NCBI GenBank assembly: GCA_965140445.1
Contig: OZ223236.1
Coordinates: 2,624,001-2,688,000 of the forward strand
Length of the DNA stretch: 64,000 nucleotides
From: Candidatus Ozemobacteraceae bacterium
GTDB lineage: Bacteria > Muiribacteriota > Ozemobacteria > Ozemobacterales > Ozemobacteraceae
Reading direction: 5' to 3'
Positions 9,285 through 19,633 of this stretch are shown here, piece after piece. Position 1 is the stretch's first letter; each line of letters opens with the position of its first letter. A model generated the notes under the pieces. The model ran no database searches. It saw nothing but the letters and a program-made list of their open reading frames with translations, and was not told the origin of the DNA. The translations under genes and the position numbers were made by a program.

Positions 9285-9863
9285 ATGAAAAGGATTGCAC
9301 TAATTATTCTTTCCTTTATTTTTATTACCAGTTCCTACTATAGATGTAACGCCCAGGATGTGGATTACACTGCTGGTATGGATGAGATGAAAGAGGCAAT
9401 GGAAGCTGTAAATCAAGGCCAGGAATTTGCGAATGAAGGTCTTGAAGAAGCAAAGCGGGCAATTGAAGAAGCAAAAAATGCTGCAACCCCCGGTTTAGAA
9501 GAAGCCCAAAAAGTTATAGACCAGATTCCAGAAATCGTAAATGGAAGCATGAAGGAAGCTCGTGAAGCAATTAATTTTGCTAAAGAAGCTGCTAAACCAG
9601 AACTCGAAGCAGCAAGGCAGGCAGTTGAAGCTAGCAAAAACGCAGCCAAACCTGGACTTGAAATTGCTCGTGAAGCATTAAAAAATGCTGGAGCATTGGG
9701 TTCGCAAAGCATGAACCTTTCTGGAGATTCCATCGATATGGCCCAGGAAAGTTTTGAAAAGGGTATGAAAGCAGCAGAAGACGGTTTGAAAACGGCAGAT
9801 GATGCTCTGGAAGGTGTATCAAACATGCTTAATGGTCTAAGCGGAATGGGCGGCAATGAATGA
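9285..9863 (+). CDS. Secreted helical protein with 18-aa repeats
   Basis: AAGGAG RBS, signal peptide, Ala/Glu/Lys-rich repeats such as PGLEEA..AK.AAK. Confidence 0.75.
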   Translation: MKRIALIILSFIFITSSYYRCNAQDVDYTAGMDEMKEAMEAVNQGQEFANEGLEEAKRAIEEAKNAATPGLEEAQKVIDQIPEIVNGSMKEAREAINFAKEAAKPELEAARQAVEASKNAAKPGLEIAREALKNAGALGSQSMNLSGDSIDMAQESFEKGMKAAEDGLKTADDALEGVSNMLNGLSGMGGNE

Positions 9864-10240
9864 GAAAATGTCACGAGTGTGATCTAGATCTTATAGAAAT
9901 TGATTTGCATGGGCAAAAAGTTGACAAGTGTCAAAAGTGTGAAGGACTATTTTTTGATAAAGGTGAATTGGAGTCAATCCTACACCTTGTCGAACTTTAT
10001 CAAACCATAAAGATAGATGAAAAAGACATTGATTCCGTTCCTGAGCATGAACATAAGAGAATTGTGAGTTGTCCAGAACACAATACGCCTATGAAACCTC
10101 TGGATTTGGCCGGATTAGTGATCGACCAGTGCCCTGAATGTAAAGGATTATGGCTGGATGATGGTGAAATATCAGCTCTAAAAATGGCTGAGAACCACAT
10201 TCAACAGAATATCCAGCTCTACATAAGGTTAGGGGAATAG
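9860..10240 (+). CDS. Tandem zinc-ribbon protein (zf-TFIIB-like, two copies)
   Basis: CHEC...DKCQKCEGLFFDKGEL and CPEH...DQCPECKGLWLDDGEI. Confidence 0.85.
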   Translation: MRKCHECDLDLIEIDLHGQKVDKCQKCEGLFFDKGELESILHLVELYQTIKIDEKDIDSVPEHEHKRIVSCPEHNTPMKPLDLAGLVIDQCPECKGLWLDDGEISALKMAENHIQQNIQLYIRLGE

Positions 10241-10241
10241 C

Positions 10242-10649
10242 ATGAAATTTTTAAACAAAAAAATGCTCCTGGTAATAAACAGAATGTCAGTCGAATTATC
10301 TGGAGGAGCATCAGCTTCAAATAGCAATATCAGGCCAGGCATGGGATTGGGTTTTGTTGATCAAATTTACGAAAACTCAGTTTTTGGTCAGCCCATTTAT
10401 CCAGATATTTTTCATCAGGCAGCCGCCTACATGTTTCATATTGTAAAAAATCATGCATTTATTGATGGAAATAAAAGAACCGGACTTGCTGCAGCAATAA
10501 CATTTCTCGGAATAAACAAAATAGTTTTTGCTCCATTTGATGAAGACAAAGTGTTTGATTTTGTAATGGACGTGGCGGCCGGAATTAATAATCCAGAAAG
10601 CGAAATTCCGAAGATTGCAAACTGGCTAAAAGAACTCAGTTTAAAATAA
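10242..10649 (+). CDS. Death-on-curing (Doc/Fic-family) protein
   Basis: HAFIDGNKRTG Doc-type motif, 135 aa. Confidence 0.88.
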   Translation: MKFLNKKMLLVINRMSVELSGGASASNSNIRPGMGLGFVDQIYENSVFGQPIYPDIFHQAAAYMFHIVKNHAFIDGNKRTGLAAAITFLGINKIVFAPFDEDKVFDFVMDVAAGINNPESEIPKIANWLKELSLK

Positions 10650-10657
10650 TTTTCAGG

Positions 10658-10858
10658 CTAGTTGTTAGTATACCAGGCCGCTTCAAGACAAGCTATAATG
10701 TGCATTAACCAGCCAAGCAGGAATAGCCATAGAACTATATCAGTAAAGAAAAAGAAGGCAGCCGCGAAAGGTCTTCCCTGGATAAGTTGCCCTAAACCGG
10801 GAATAAAAAAGCTACATAGGGCAGCAATAACATTTCCTGATGATCCTTGTTTGGCCAT
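10658..10858 (-). CDS. Small membrane protein
   Basis: AALCSFFIPGLGQL motif, hydrophobic helices, GGAGG RBS upstream. Confidence 0.75.
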   Translation of the reverse strand: MAKQGSSGNVIAALCSFFIPGLGQLIQGRPFAAAFFFFTDIVLWLFLLGWLMHIIACLEAAWYTNN

Positions 10859-11025
10859 TTGATTCTACCTCCGCGTGAAACTTTTTAAATTCTAGGAGAA
10901 AAATCTGAGTTAGGCAAGGTTTATGTTTACCCCAAATTCTATTCCCAAAGTGGAAGTTGTATAAAAGATATGCTAGAATCCGTGTCATAATGTTTTCTAA
11001 TCTAAAATGAACAGGTGAAAGTTAC

Positions 11026-12720
11026 ATGAATACAGAAGATACCACAGTAAATAAAGTCTCTAATTTCATTCGGGACATTATAGATGAAGATCTTAAAAGT
11101 GGTAAGCACACAAGTGTTGTAACCCGTTTCCCGCCAGAGCCAAATGGTTATCTGCACATTGGTCATGCCAAGTCTATATGCCTTAACTTCGGGTTGGCAG
11201 AGGATTATAAGGGACAATGTCACCTGAGATTTGATGACACTAACCCAGCAAAAGAAGAGCAGGAATACATCGATTCGATTAAGGAAGATGTGCGCTGGCT
11301 TGGATTTGACTGGGGCGAGCATGAATACTATGCTTCAGATTATTTTAAAACTTTAAATGAATGGGCTGTTTTGCTGATAAAAGCTGGAAAAGCCTATGTC
11401 GAAGATCAGACCGCCGATGAGATTCGCGAAAACAGGGGAACTCTCAAGAAGCCTGGCGTGAATTCTCCTTTCAGAGATCGTTCCGTTGAAGAAAACCTTG
11501 AACTTTTTGAAAAGATGAAAAATGGCGAGTTCGGAAATGGCGAACGCGTGTTGAGAGCCAAAATCGATATGGCAGCACCAAACATAAACATGCGAGATCC
11601 TGTTTTATACAGAATTTTGCATTCAGAGCATCCGAGAACAGGTTCCCAGTGGTGCATTTATCCAATGTACGATTTTACTCATGGCCAGTCTGATGCTATT
11701 GAGAAGATTACTCACTCAATTTGTACTCTTGAATTTGAAGACCATAGACCTCTTTATGAATGGTTTTTGGATAATTTGCCAGTTCCTGCAAGGCCACGAC
11801 AGTATGAATTTGCCAGATTAAATCTTACTTTTACGGTGATGAGCAAGCGTAAGCTACTTCGACTGGTAAAAGAGAATCATGTTAATGGCTGGGACGATCC
11901 AAGACTTCCAACTCTTTCTGGTATGAGAAGAAGAGGATACACCGCTCCGGCAATCAGAGATTTTCTTAGCAGAATCGGCGTTTCAAAAGCCAACTCTACT
12001 GTTGACTTTGCTTTGCTTGAAAACTGTATCAGAGAAGATTTGAACAAATCCTCAAGAAGATACATGGCAGTAATTGAGCCTGTTAAGGTAGTTATCACTA
12101 ACTATCCAGAAGACAAGGTTGAGTGGATAGAAGCCGAAAACAACCCTGAAGATGAAAATGCAGGGACAAGAAAAATTCCATTTTCAAAGGTAATTTACAT
12201 TGAGAAACAGGATTTCATGGAAAACCCACCAAAGAAGTTTTTCAGATTAGCTCCTGGTTCAGAAGTTAGGTTAAAGCACACCTATTACATTACTTGCAAT
12301 GAAGTTATTAAAGATGAAAACGGCGAAATAGTTGAACTGCACTGCACTTATGATCCAGAAACAAGCGGTGGTTCAAGCCCGGATGGAAGAAGAGTAAAAG
12401 GAACTCTGCATTGGGTTTCTGCTTCTCATGGCGTAAAAGCTGAAGTAAGACTTTATGACCACCTTTTCAAAACTCCAGATCCAGAAAAAGTTCCTGAAGG
12501 AGCTGACTTTTTAGACAATCTAAATCCTGATTCATTGACGGTTTTAAAAGATTCGATTGTTGAACCAGAACTGGCAGAAGTTGAAATTGGTCAACCTCTA
12601 CAATTTTTACGCATGGGATACTTTTGTCCTGATTCAAAAGATCACTCTAAAGAAAAGCCTGTTTTCAACAGAACGGCAACTTTGAGAGATACCTGGGCAA
12701 AAATCCAGAAAAACGGATGA
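11026..12720 (+). CDS. glnS: Glutamine--tRNA ligase
   Basis: [15 protein letters not shown] (HIGH motif), MSKR, GWDDPR, GTLHWV. Confidence 0.97.
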   Translation: MNTEDTTVNKVSNFIRDIIDEDLKSGKHTSVVTRFPPEPNGYLHIGHAKSICLNFGLAEDYKGQCHLRFDDTNPAKEEQEYIDSIKEDVRWLGFDWGEHEYYASDYFKTLNEWAVLLIKAGKAYVEDQTADEIRENRGTLKKPGVNSPFRDRSVEENLELFEKMKNGEFGNGERVLRAKIDMAAPNINMRDPVLYRILHSEHPRTGSQWCIYPMYDFTHGQSDAIEKITHSICTLEFEDHRPLYEWFLDNLPVPARPRQYEFARLNLTFTVMSKRKLLRLVKENHVNGWDDPRLPTLSGMRRRGYTAPAIRDFLSRIGVSKANSTVDFALLENCIREDLNKSSRRYMAVIEPVKVVITNYPEDKVEWIEAENNPEDENAGTRKIPFSKVIYIEKQDFMENPPKKFFRLAPGSEVRLKHTYYITCNEVIKDENGEIVELHCTYDPETSGGSSPDGRRVKGTLHWVSASHGVKAEVRLYDHLFKTPDPEKVPEGADFLDNLNPDSLTVLKDSIVEPELAEVEIGQPLQFLRMGYFCPDSKDHSKEKPVFNRTATLRDTWAKIQKNG

Positions 12721-12731
12721 CTTATATTATC

Positions 12732-12761
12732 CCGGCAGTCAGAGATTCTGACTGCCGGTTT
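12732..12761 (+). terminator. Hairpin after glnS, possible intrinsic terminator
   Basis: CCGGCAGTCAGA-GAT-TCTGACTGCCGG followed by TTT. Confidence 0.6.
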
Positions 12762-12796
12762 GCTTTATAGAAAAGACATGAAGGGAATGAAGTTTA

Positions 12797-15364
12797 ATGT
12801 GTGGAGTAATTGGTCTCGTATTTAAAAATGATAAAACAGAATTGGGAGAAATTTCTTGTAAGCTTTTGAGAATGCTTGAGTATCGTGGATATGATTCTAC
12901 AGGTGCAATTATTCAGGATTCAAGTGGTGAAATCACCCTGAAAAAAGATGTTGGGGCTCCGAGTAAAGTTGCATATGAACTTGGAATTGATAAATTGAGC
13001 GGGAAAATTTTTTGTGGCCAGGTTCGTTGGGCAACTTTTGGAGTGGTAACTCAAAACAACGCGCAGCCACACAATGTAAAGTGTAAAACCCATATTTATG
13101 GTGCTCATAATGGCAATATTACCAATTGTCATCAATTAAAAGAGTGGCTAATAGCTGAAGGCCACGATGTAAAAAGTGATAATGATGGAGAAATGCTGGT
13201 TCATACAGTAGAACATTTTTTTGCTCTAGAATTGCGTTATCAGGATGAAACGGATGATAAGGTTCGTTATGAAGCTCTTAAAACTGCAGTTGAAAAAGCC
13301 TATGAAAAAGTAACTGGTTCTTTTGCTGCAATCATTGTAGATCCTGTGGCAGAGAGAATGGTTGCTATCAAAGCTGGTAGTAGTCTTTATATTGGTCAAG
13401 GACAGGATGTTGCAAGTGGTGATTTTACTATTGCCTCATCTGACCTGGCTTCAGTATTGCAATTAACAAAAATTCTTATCCCTATCAAAGAAAAGCAATT
13501 TGCCATCTATAAAGATAAAGAATTTAGACTATTTAATATTCAGTCAGGAAAAGAATTAGAGTTTTCACTGCAAAGAAGCCTGCTAAAGGTTGAAGAGACT
13601 AAATTGCATCATCCCTTCAAATATTTTATGGAGCAGGAAATCTATAGCCAGATTAAAAACACGAAAAAGCTTATCAGCTTGTTTACTGGCGGCGATAGAG
13701 TTACACGTATTCTTCGGGACAATAAAGAGAAAATGATTGGAACTTATCTCAAAATTAGAGATGGTATCCAGGAGTTGGCAAAAATAACGGTCGCATCTGA
13801 TCTGAAAGACAGGGTTGCAGGTTTCCTTGAAATGCCAGAAATCGCAACAATGAAAGAACTAATTGAGAAAAGCGATCTTGATGGGGTAGAACTCGGCCTG
13901 GAATCGAATTACTCCAGTTTCATCGAGGAAATTCGCGAATTTGTAAAAGAAAAAGTCAGATATTCTGCAAAATTTCTAAAGTTTGTTGACGGCATTTTTG
14001 AGCTTGAAAACATTATGGAAATAGAATCCAAAATGTCAGAGTTTGTAAAAATAGTCGGCGAAGCAAAAAAGAATGAAAAGTCCATTTACATTCTTGCTTG
14101 TGGAACTTCATTTCATGCCGCAAAAACAGCCCCTTTATTTTTTAACGAAATAGCTGGCATCTCTGTAATTCCTTTGTTACCAGGTGAATTCAGAGCGCAA
14201 TGCACAATGTCACTAAATCCTGACGATGTTGTTATCGGAATAAGTCAAAGCGGTGAAACCAAAGATTTGATAGACGTTTTCAATTTTGTTGAAGAAAAAT
14301 ATCCTACAGTAAAGCGAATTTGCGTTTTGAATAATACCAATTCGACTTTGGCCTTGGAAAAGTCCCATTTATATATTCCGTTATTTTGTGGCCCTGAAAT
14401 CGCTGTTCCTGCAACCAAGAGCTTTTTAAATCAATTGTTGGTTCTTTATATTCTGGCATTAAATGTTCGTAATTACCTGAAAGAATCAGATGAAGTTCAT
14501 TCTGATGTATCTGCTGATTACCATTTTAAGGATTTATTCAGGGTTCCTGAGCTTATCGAAAAAACCATTAATATGACAAAGCAGGATACTGATGCAATTG
14601 CTAATGAACTTTATTTAACTCCAAGTATTCATATTCTTGCTACAAGAATTCTTGGAATTGCCAAAGAAGGTGCACTTAAGATTAGAGAGATTGTTTTGAA
14701 CCACACTGAAGGATTTGAAGGCTCTGAATTTAAGCATGGCCCTAATACTATCCTGGGTGTTAATACTGTTTTTGGTCTGGATTCTGTTGCTGCGCTTGTT
14801 GCAAGGCTTGAAGAAGCATTAAACTATGTTTTGGAGTCTAAGGCTGGTGAAGAACTCAAACCTCGGGGTGTTTTAAGGATCTACAAAGCAATTTGTGACT
14901 TTGCATTTCATGACCAGAAGCCTCATTATTTGAGTAAAGAAGAAATGGACGTTTTTGAATTGGTTTTAAATAATTACAATTTGTTTGAAAGTATGTATCA
15001 AAACTATCCATTAATCTTTGTTACCACACCCAGAGAGCGTGATATTAATCTTACTATTTCTCAGATAAATACACACAAAATCAGAGGTGCAAATGTCTAT
15101 CTTATTGCTGAGGATAACAGCGATTTGCGTGAGGCAGTTTCAATTGCTCCATCATCCCAATATCCATATAGATTTGGTTACGTCACTCTGCCAAAGACGG
15201 ATTCCAAAATTTTGCCCATTTTCTCAATAACCGTTGTTTTACAGATTTTGGCTCTAAAAATGAGTAAGTGTAAAATGGATTTTCTGAATCGTATAGCGGT
15301 GAAAAATCATGGTGTTCATCCCGATGTTCCCAAGAATGTAAGTAAATCTATTACTGTAGATTAG
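12797..15364 (+). CDS. glmS: Glutamine--fructose-6-phosphate aminotransferase-like protein with large insertions
   Basis: N-terminal MCG, LEYRGYDS, RWAT, HNG, ACGTS, SQSGET, EGALK..E, KHGP, C-terminal PKNVSKSITVD. Confidence 0.85.
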   Translation: MCGVIGLVFKNDKTELGEISCKLLRMLEYRGYDSTGAIIQDSSGEITLKKDVGAPSKVAYELGIDKLSGKIFCGQVRWATFGVVTQNNAQPHNVKCKTHIYGAHNGNITNCHQLKEWLIAEGHDVKSDNDGEMLVHTVEHFFALELRYQDETDDKVRYEALKTAVEKAYEKVTGSFAAIIVDPVAERMVAIKAGSSLYIGQGQDVASGDFTIASSDLASVLQLTKILIPIKEKQFAIYKDKEFRLFNIQSGKELEFSLQRSLLKVEETKLHHPFKYFMEQEIYSQIKNTKKLISLFTGGDRVTRILRDNKEKMIGTYLKIRDGIQELAKITVASDLKDRVAGFLEMPEIATMKELIEKSDLDGVELGLESNYSSFIEEIREFVKEKVRYSAKFLKFVDGIFELENIMEIESKMSEFVKIVGEAKKNEKSIYILACGTSFHAAKTAPLFFNEIAGISVIPLLPGEFRAQCTMSLNPDDVVIGISQSGETKDLIDVFNFVEEKYPTVKRICVLNNTNSTLALEKSHLYIPLFCGPEIAVPATKSFLNQLLVLYILALNVRNYLKESDEVHSDVSADYHFKDLFRVPELIEKTINMTKQDTDAIANELYLTPSIHILATRILGIAKEGALKIREIVLNHTEGFEGSEFKHGPNTILGVNTVFGLDSVAALVARLEEALNYVLESKAGEELKPRGVLRIYKAICDFAFHDQKPHYLSKEEMDVFELVLNNYNLFESMYQNYPLIFVTTPRERDINLTISQINTHKIRGANVYLIAEDNSDLREAVSIAPSSQYPYRFGYVTLPKTDSKILPIFSITVVLQILALKMSKCKMDFLNRIAVKNHGVHPDVPKNVSKSITVD

Positions 15365-15368
15365 AAAA

Positions 15369-15414
15369 AAAAAATCCCGAAACTTCAAATTCCTATGAAG
15401 TTTCGGGATTTTTT
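15369..15414. terminator. Bidirectional intrinsic terminator between convergent glmS and speA
   Basis: AAAAAATCCCGAAACTTCA...TGAAGTTTCGGGATTTTTT. Confidence 0.85.
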
Positions 15415-15424
15415 ATTTTAGATT

Positions 15425-17336
15425 TTACTCCAGGTATGTGTAGCCATACAGGCCAGATCGGTAGATGGCAAGAAACTCTTTTCCTTCCTGGACAGAGATT
15501 TTCTTTTCCTTAACACAATTGGAAACCCATGTTTCCATAGTTCTCACGAGCTTTTTGGCACTGAACTGAACATAATCCAGAACGTCAGCAACGGTTTCGC
15601 CGTCAATGATTCTGTCTATTTCAAAGGTTCCATCTTTGTTCACTGTTATATGGACTGCGTTGGTATCTCCAAAAAGGTTATGTAAGTCACCAAGGATTTC
15701 CTGGTAAGCACCCACCATGAAAACTCCGATGTAATATTCTTCAAAAGTTCTTAAGTGGTGAAGTGGAAGGCATGGATTAAAACTTCTATTTCCAATAAAA
15801 CGGTCTATTTTCCCATCAGAATCGCAGGTAATATCCTGAATTGTTGCCATGTGAGCAGGTTTTTCATTTAATCTGTGGAGAGGTAAAATTGGGAACAACT
15901 GATCAATAGCCCACGAATCCGGGAGCGATTGGAACAAAGAGAAGTTACAGAAATATTTTTCTGCAAGAATCTTATCAAGTTGCTTCATTTCTTCTGGAGG
16001 GTGTTTTTGCGCAGCGCCCCAACTCTCTAACTTCATGAGCAATCGCCCAGAAAAGTTCTTCAGATTGTGCTCTTACTTTAATGTCAACCATTCCGAGATT
16101 AAACAGATCCAGAGTTTCTTCTCTAAGTTGCTGAGCGTCATGCCAAGCTTCAATCATGGTTAGATTAGTCAGAGAGTCCAGAATTGTATACATTTCTCTA
16201 ACTATTTCATGATCTTTTTTTGTAATTTTGAAATCATCATAGGATTTTCTCAAAGGTGAAGTTGTTTCAAGAACATTAAACACAAGAACAGAGTGGTGAG
16301 CAGTCAATGCTCTTCCCGATTCTGTGATCAGGTGAGGGTGGGGGAATCCATTCTTTTCAGCTGCATCTTGTATCGCAGAGACTGCGTCATTGGCATATTC
16401 TTGAATTGAATAGTTTATGCTGCTGGAAATCGTGGTTCTGGTTCCATCATAATCAACTCCCAATCCGCCGCCTATATCAACATATTCAATATTGCAGCCC
16501 AGTTTTCGCATTTGAACAAAGAACTGGGAAGCTTCTCTGAGGCCTCTTTTGATTTTTCTGATATTGGTAATCTGACTTCCGAGGTGACAATGAATGAGCT
16601 TTATAGACTCCAGGTAGCCTTCTTCCTTCATGAATTCTACTGCATCAATCAATTCTGAAGAGGTGAGACCAAATTTACTTTTGTCGCCTCCAGAGTCTTC
16701 CCACTTGCCGCTGCCAAAAGCCGCCAGTTTAATTCTGATTCCAACATTTGGAACCACTTTATGAGCTCTGGCAAGTTTTGTAATAAGCTTTAATTCATTA
16801 AACTTTTCTGCAACAATAAAAATTCTTTTTCCCATTTTCTGGGCTAATAGAGCCAGTTCAATGAAATCTTCATCCTTATAGCCGTTACAAATAATAATGG
16901 CTTCCGGGTTATCCATGATAGCTAATACGGCGTGTAGCTCAGGTTTAGACCCAGCTTCCAGGCCGATGTTAAACTTTTTCCCATATCGAACTATTTCTTC
17001 AACTACTGGTCTTTGCTGATTAACTTTGATTGGATAAACAGTATAATAATTTGCATTATAATTATATTCTTCAGAAGCTTGTTTAAAGCAACTGGCAATG
17101 TTTTCAATTCTTTGATCCAAAATGTCTGGAAATCTAAGCAAGACAGGATATGCAACATCTTTGAGATTAAGTTCATCCAGGATTTCTTTAATCTCAACAG
17201 CATTTTTGGGATCTCTATTTGGCATAACAGTAACGTTTCCGTCTTTGCTGATGCCAAAATAGCCTATGCCCCATCCCTCTATATTGTAGAGTTCCGAAGA
17301 GTCATCTATTCGCCATTTTCGCATTTTGTCCTCCAA
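15425..17336 (-). pseudogene. speA: Biosynthetic arginine decarboxylase split by a single-base frameshift near 16017-16020 (true pseudogene or sequence error)
   Basis: Upstream ORF has YPIKVNQ, GLEAGSKPEL, SKFGL, ESGRALTAHHS; downstream ORF has YFCNFSLFQSLPDSW, TCDSDG, GAYQEILG, YTYLE. Deleting one G gives ...EVRELGAAQKHPPEE... in one frame. Confidence 0.9.
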
Positions 17337-17492
17337 ACTGGGGGTATGTACAACCTGTAGTCGCTTATGTTAGTTTGAAAAAGTGTTTTTATCAAGTTAT
17401 TTAAGCTTGTATATAATCTTTGAGAAGAGTTATACTGAGCATTATTGGCTGAACTCACTATTTAGCCTATATTTTTATTTCTGGAGCATGTA

Positions 17493-18377
17493 ATGGACTC
17501 AGATAAAATTGTGGGCAGGAACGATCCATGTCCCTGTGGCAGCGGACAAAAATACAAAAGATGTTGTATGGGCGTTCAATCTCCCGCAAAAGTTGGCTTG
17601 AAAGAGCTTTACTACAATAATTATAGAATTAGATTAAAAGACAAAGTTGATATTGAAGGAATTAAGAAAGCTGGAAAGCTTGTGGTCGAAACGCTCAAAA
17701 TGGTTGAAGAGCAGATTAGACCTGGAATAACCACTAATTTTATCAATGATTTTGTCCATGAACACACGATTAAGAATGGTGCTATTCCAGCTCCGTTAAA
17801 TTATAGGGGTTTTCCAAAAAGTATATGCACTTCAGTTAATGAAGTTATCTGCCATGGAATTCCTTCTGATAGGATTCTTTTGGAAGGCGATATCGTGAAT
17901 GTTGACGTTACCTCTATTCTTGAGGGTTACCATGCCGATGCAAATATGACCTTCTTTGTTGGAAACTGTAGCAAAGATGCCCATAAGATCGTCAGTGTTG
18001 CCAGAGAAAGCCTGAAAAGAGCTTTAAACGTTGTTAAACCTGGTAATACCATCGGAGACATTGGAGCTGAGATTCAGGTTTATGCTGAAGGTGAAGGGTG
18101 TTCCGTTGTTAGAGAATTTATAGGGCACGGAATTGGAAAAGTTTTCCACGAGCCACCAGATATTCCGCATTTTGGGAAAAAAGGGCAGGGGATCTCTCTT
18201 GTTCCGGGAATGGTTTTTACGGTAGAGCCAATGGTAAACCTTGGGAAGAGATTTCTGAGAGTTCTTGACGATCAATGGACAGCTGTTACTCGTGACGGTT
18301 CATTGTCTGCTCAGTTTGAACAGACAATCGTTGTAACGGAAGATGGCTATATTAGCCTGACTCCATATGATTTGTAA
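17493..18377 (+). CDS. map: Type I methionine aminopeptidase with N-terminal SEC-C motif
   Basis: GRNDPCPCGSGQKYKRCC; CTSVNEVICHGIP, GHGIG..FHE, TVEPM, SAQFEQT. Confidence 0.95.
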   Translation: MDSDKIVGRNDPCPCGSGQKYKRCCMGVQSPAKVGLKELYYNNYRIRLKDKVDIEGIKKAGKLVVETLKMVEEQIRPGITTNFINDFVHEHTIKNGAIPAPLNYRGFPKSICTSVNEVICHGIPSDRILLEGDIVNVDVTSILEGYHADANMTFFVGNCSKDAHKIVSVARESLKRALNVVKPGNTIGDIGAEIQVYAEGEGCSVVREFIGHGIGKVFHEPPDIPHFGKKGQGISLVPGMVFTVEPMVNLGKRFLRVLDDQWTAVTRDGSLSAQFEQTIVVTEDGYISLTPYDL

Positions 18378-18398
18378 TTTTAATGAGGGAGTAAACCA

Positions 18399-18737
18399 AT
18401 GGAAGAACTTCTAGCTAACTATATTAGATTTGTTGAAGAAGAAATTGATAATTCAAAGGCAATAGAGCCCGATAAAAAAATTCGTGATCAATTTGATGGC
18501 ATTTTGGATGAAATGGATTTTCGTATTGCAACTATTAAATTTGAAATGGATGCTTTGCTTGATATACCTCGCACTGATAAAAACTATGACCTTACTATGC
18601 GAGAGCTTGTAGCAAAGATCGATGAGCTTCCAAGAATGAAAGGGGCTTCTGTTCCAGCATTCTTGAAAAAGAAAAAAGCAGAAATGACAAGAATTGCCAG
18701 AGAAATGGCCGCAGGGTTGCAGAACATGTTTGGGTAA
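18399..18737 (+). CDS. Hypothetical helical protein
   Basis: 112 aa ORF with GAGGGAG RBS. Confidence 0.7.
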   Translation: MEELLANYIRFVEEEIDNSKAIEPDKKIRDQFDGILDEMDFRIATIKFEMDALLDIPRTDKNYDLTMRELVAKIDELPRMKGASVPAFLKKKKAEMTRIAREMAAGLQNMFG

Positions 18738-18800
18738 AACAAACAAAATTTATTGAAAAGGCCGATTTTCGGCCTTTTCCCATTTTCAGGAGGTTTAAAA

Positions 18801-19553
18801 TTGAAAATAGGCGAAAAATTAATTGAATCTGCAAAAAAACTGGCCCAGGGGAAAAAAATTAAAGATGTTCGCATTGGACTTGGCTACAGCTGCGTCGAAT
18901 TAGACAACGGTGGAGTTGGCTTGGGATGGACTCCAGAGGCAGAGTCTGGCAGTTGTACCCATGTAAAAGCAGCGGGCAGTATTGCTGGTTCAGATGCTTT
19001 TGAGCTACTCCAATGGCTTAATAGCCAAAACCCATTGGAGAGGGCGCTGGGGTTAGCAACCTTCAATGCCCTTAATAGCGAAAGGGTAAGGGCAAATCAG
19101 AATAAATCTGATAGTGAAGCTACTTCTTTATTGAATATCAGCAAAGAAGACTATGTAGTAATGGTGGGCTTTTTCGGTCCGGTAGTCCCCAAAATAAAAG
19201 AGATCGGATGCAAGTTTGATGTTGTGGAGCTTAAAAGCGATAAACCGGGAGTAATTGGGTCTGAAAAAGGCGAAATTGCTTTGGGTAAATGTGATGTCGC
19301 GATTATTACTTCTACCAGCATTATAAATGGCACCTGTGATGGATTATTAAAATCGCTGGGAAAACCAAGAGCTGCGGTAATGCTTGGACCATCTACCCCC
19401 ATGGCTCCAGATGTATTTAAAGACACGCCAATAACTCAATTAAGCGGATCAATTGTTTCCGAGTCAGAGGAGATAAAGAAAATAATTTCTGAGGGTGGGG
19501 GAACGCGCTTGATGAAGAAAAAGCTCGAATTTTGGAGTGTCTTCTCAGAATAG
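18801..19553 (+). CDS. DUF364/DUF4213-family Rossmann-like protein
   Basis: VRIGLGY..V, ALGLAT.NA, VVMVGFF.P, T.TSIINGT, LGPSTP; TTG start at 18801 follows AGGAGG. Confidence 0.85.
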   Translation: MKIGEKLIESAKKLAQGKKIKDVRIGLGYSCVELDNGGVGLGWTPEAESGSCTHVKAAGSIAGSDAFELLQWLNSQNPLERALGLATFNALNSERVRANQNKSDSEATSLLNISKEDYVVMVGFFGPVVPKIKEIGCKFDVVELKSDKPGVIGSEKGEIALGKCDVAIITSTSIINGTCDGLLKSLGKPRAAVMLGPSTPMAPDVFKDTPITQLSGSIVSESEEIKKIISEGGGTRLMKKKLEFWSVFSE

Positions 19554-19633
19554 AGTATTAATAGTGTCTGTACCCTTTACAGATTGTATTAATATTCTTA
19601 GTATTAAATTATATGGTTCCGCTGGAGGAAATT

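Noticed and set aside
9413..9874. 153-aa antisense ORF and similar shadow ORFs (e.g. 20344-20859, 42842-43861, 57696-58112)
   Set aside because: They lie opposite well-supported genes and have no motifs; explained by codon bias on the coding strand
12721..12796. glmS ribozyme upstream of glmS
   Set aside because: The spacer is only 76 nt, lacks the AGCGCC core and holds a simple hairpin
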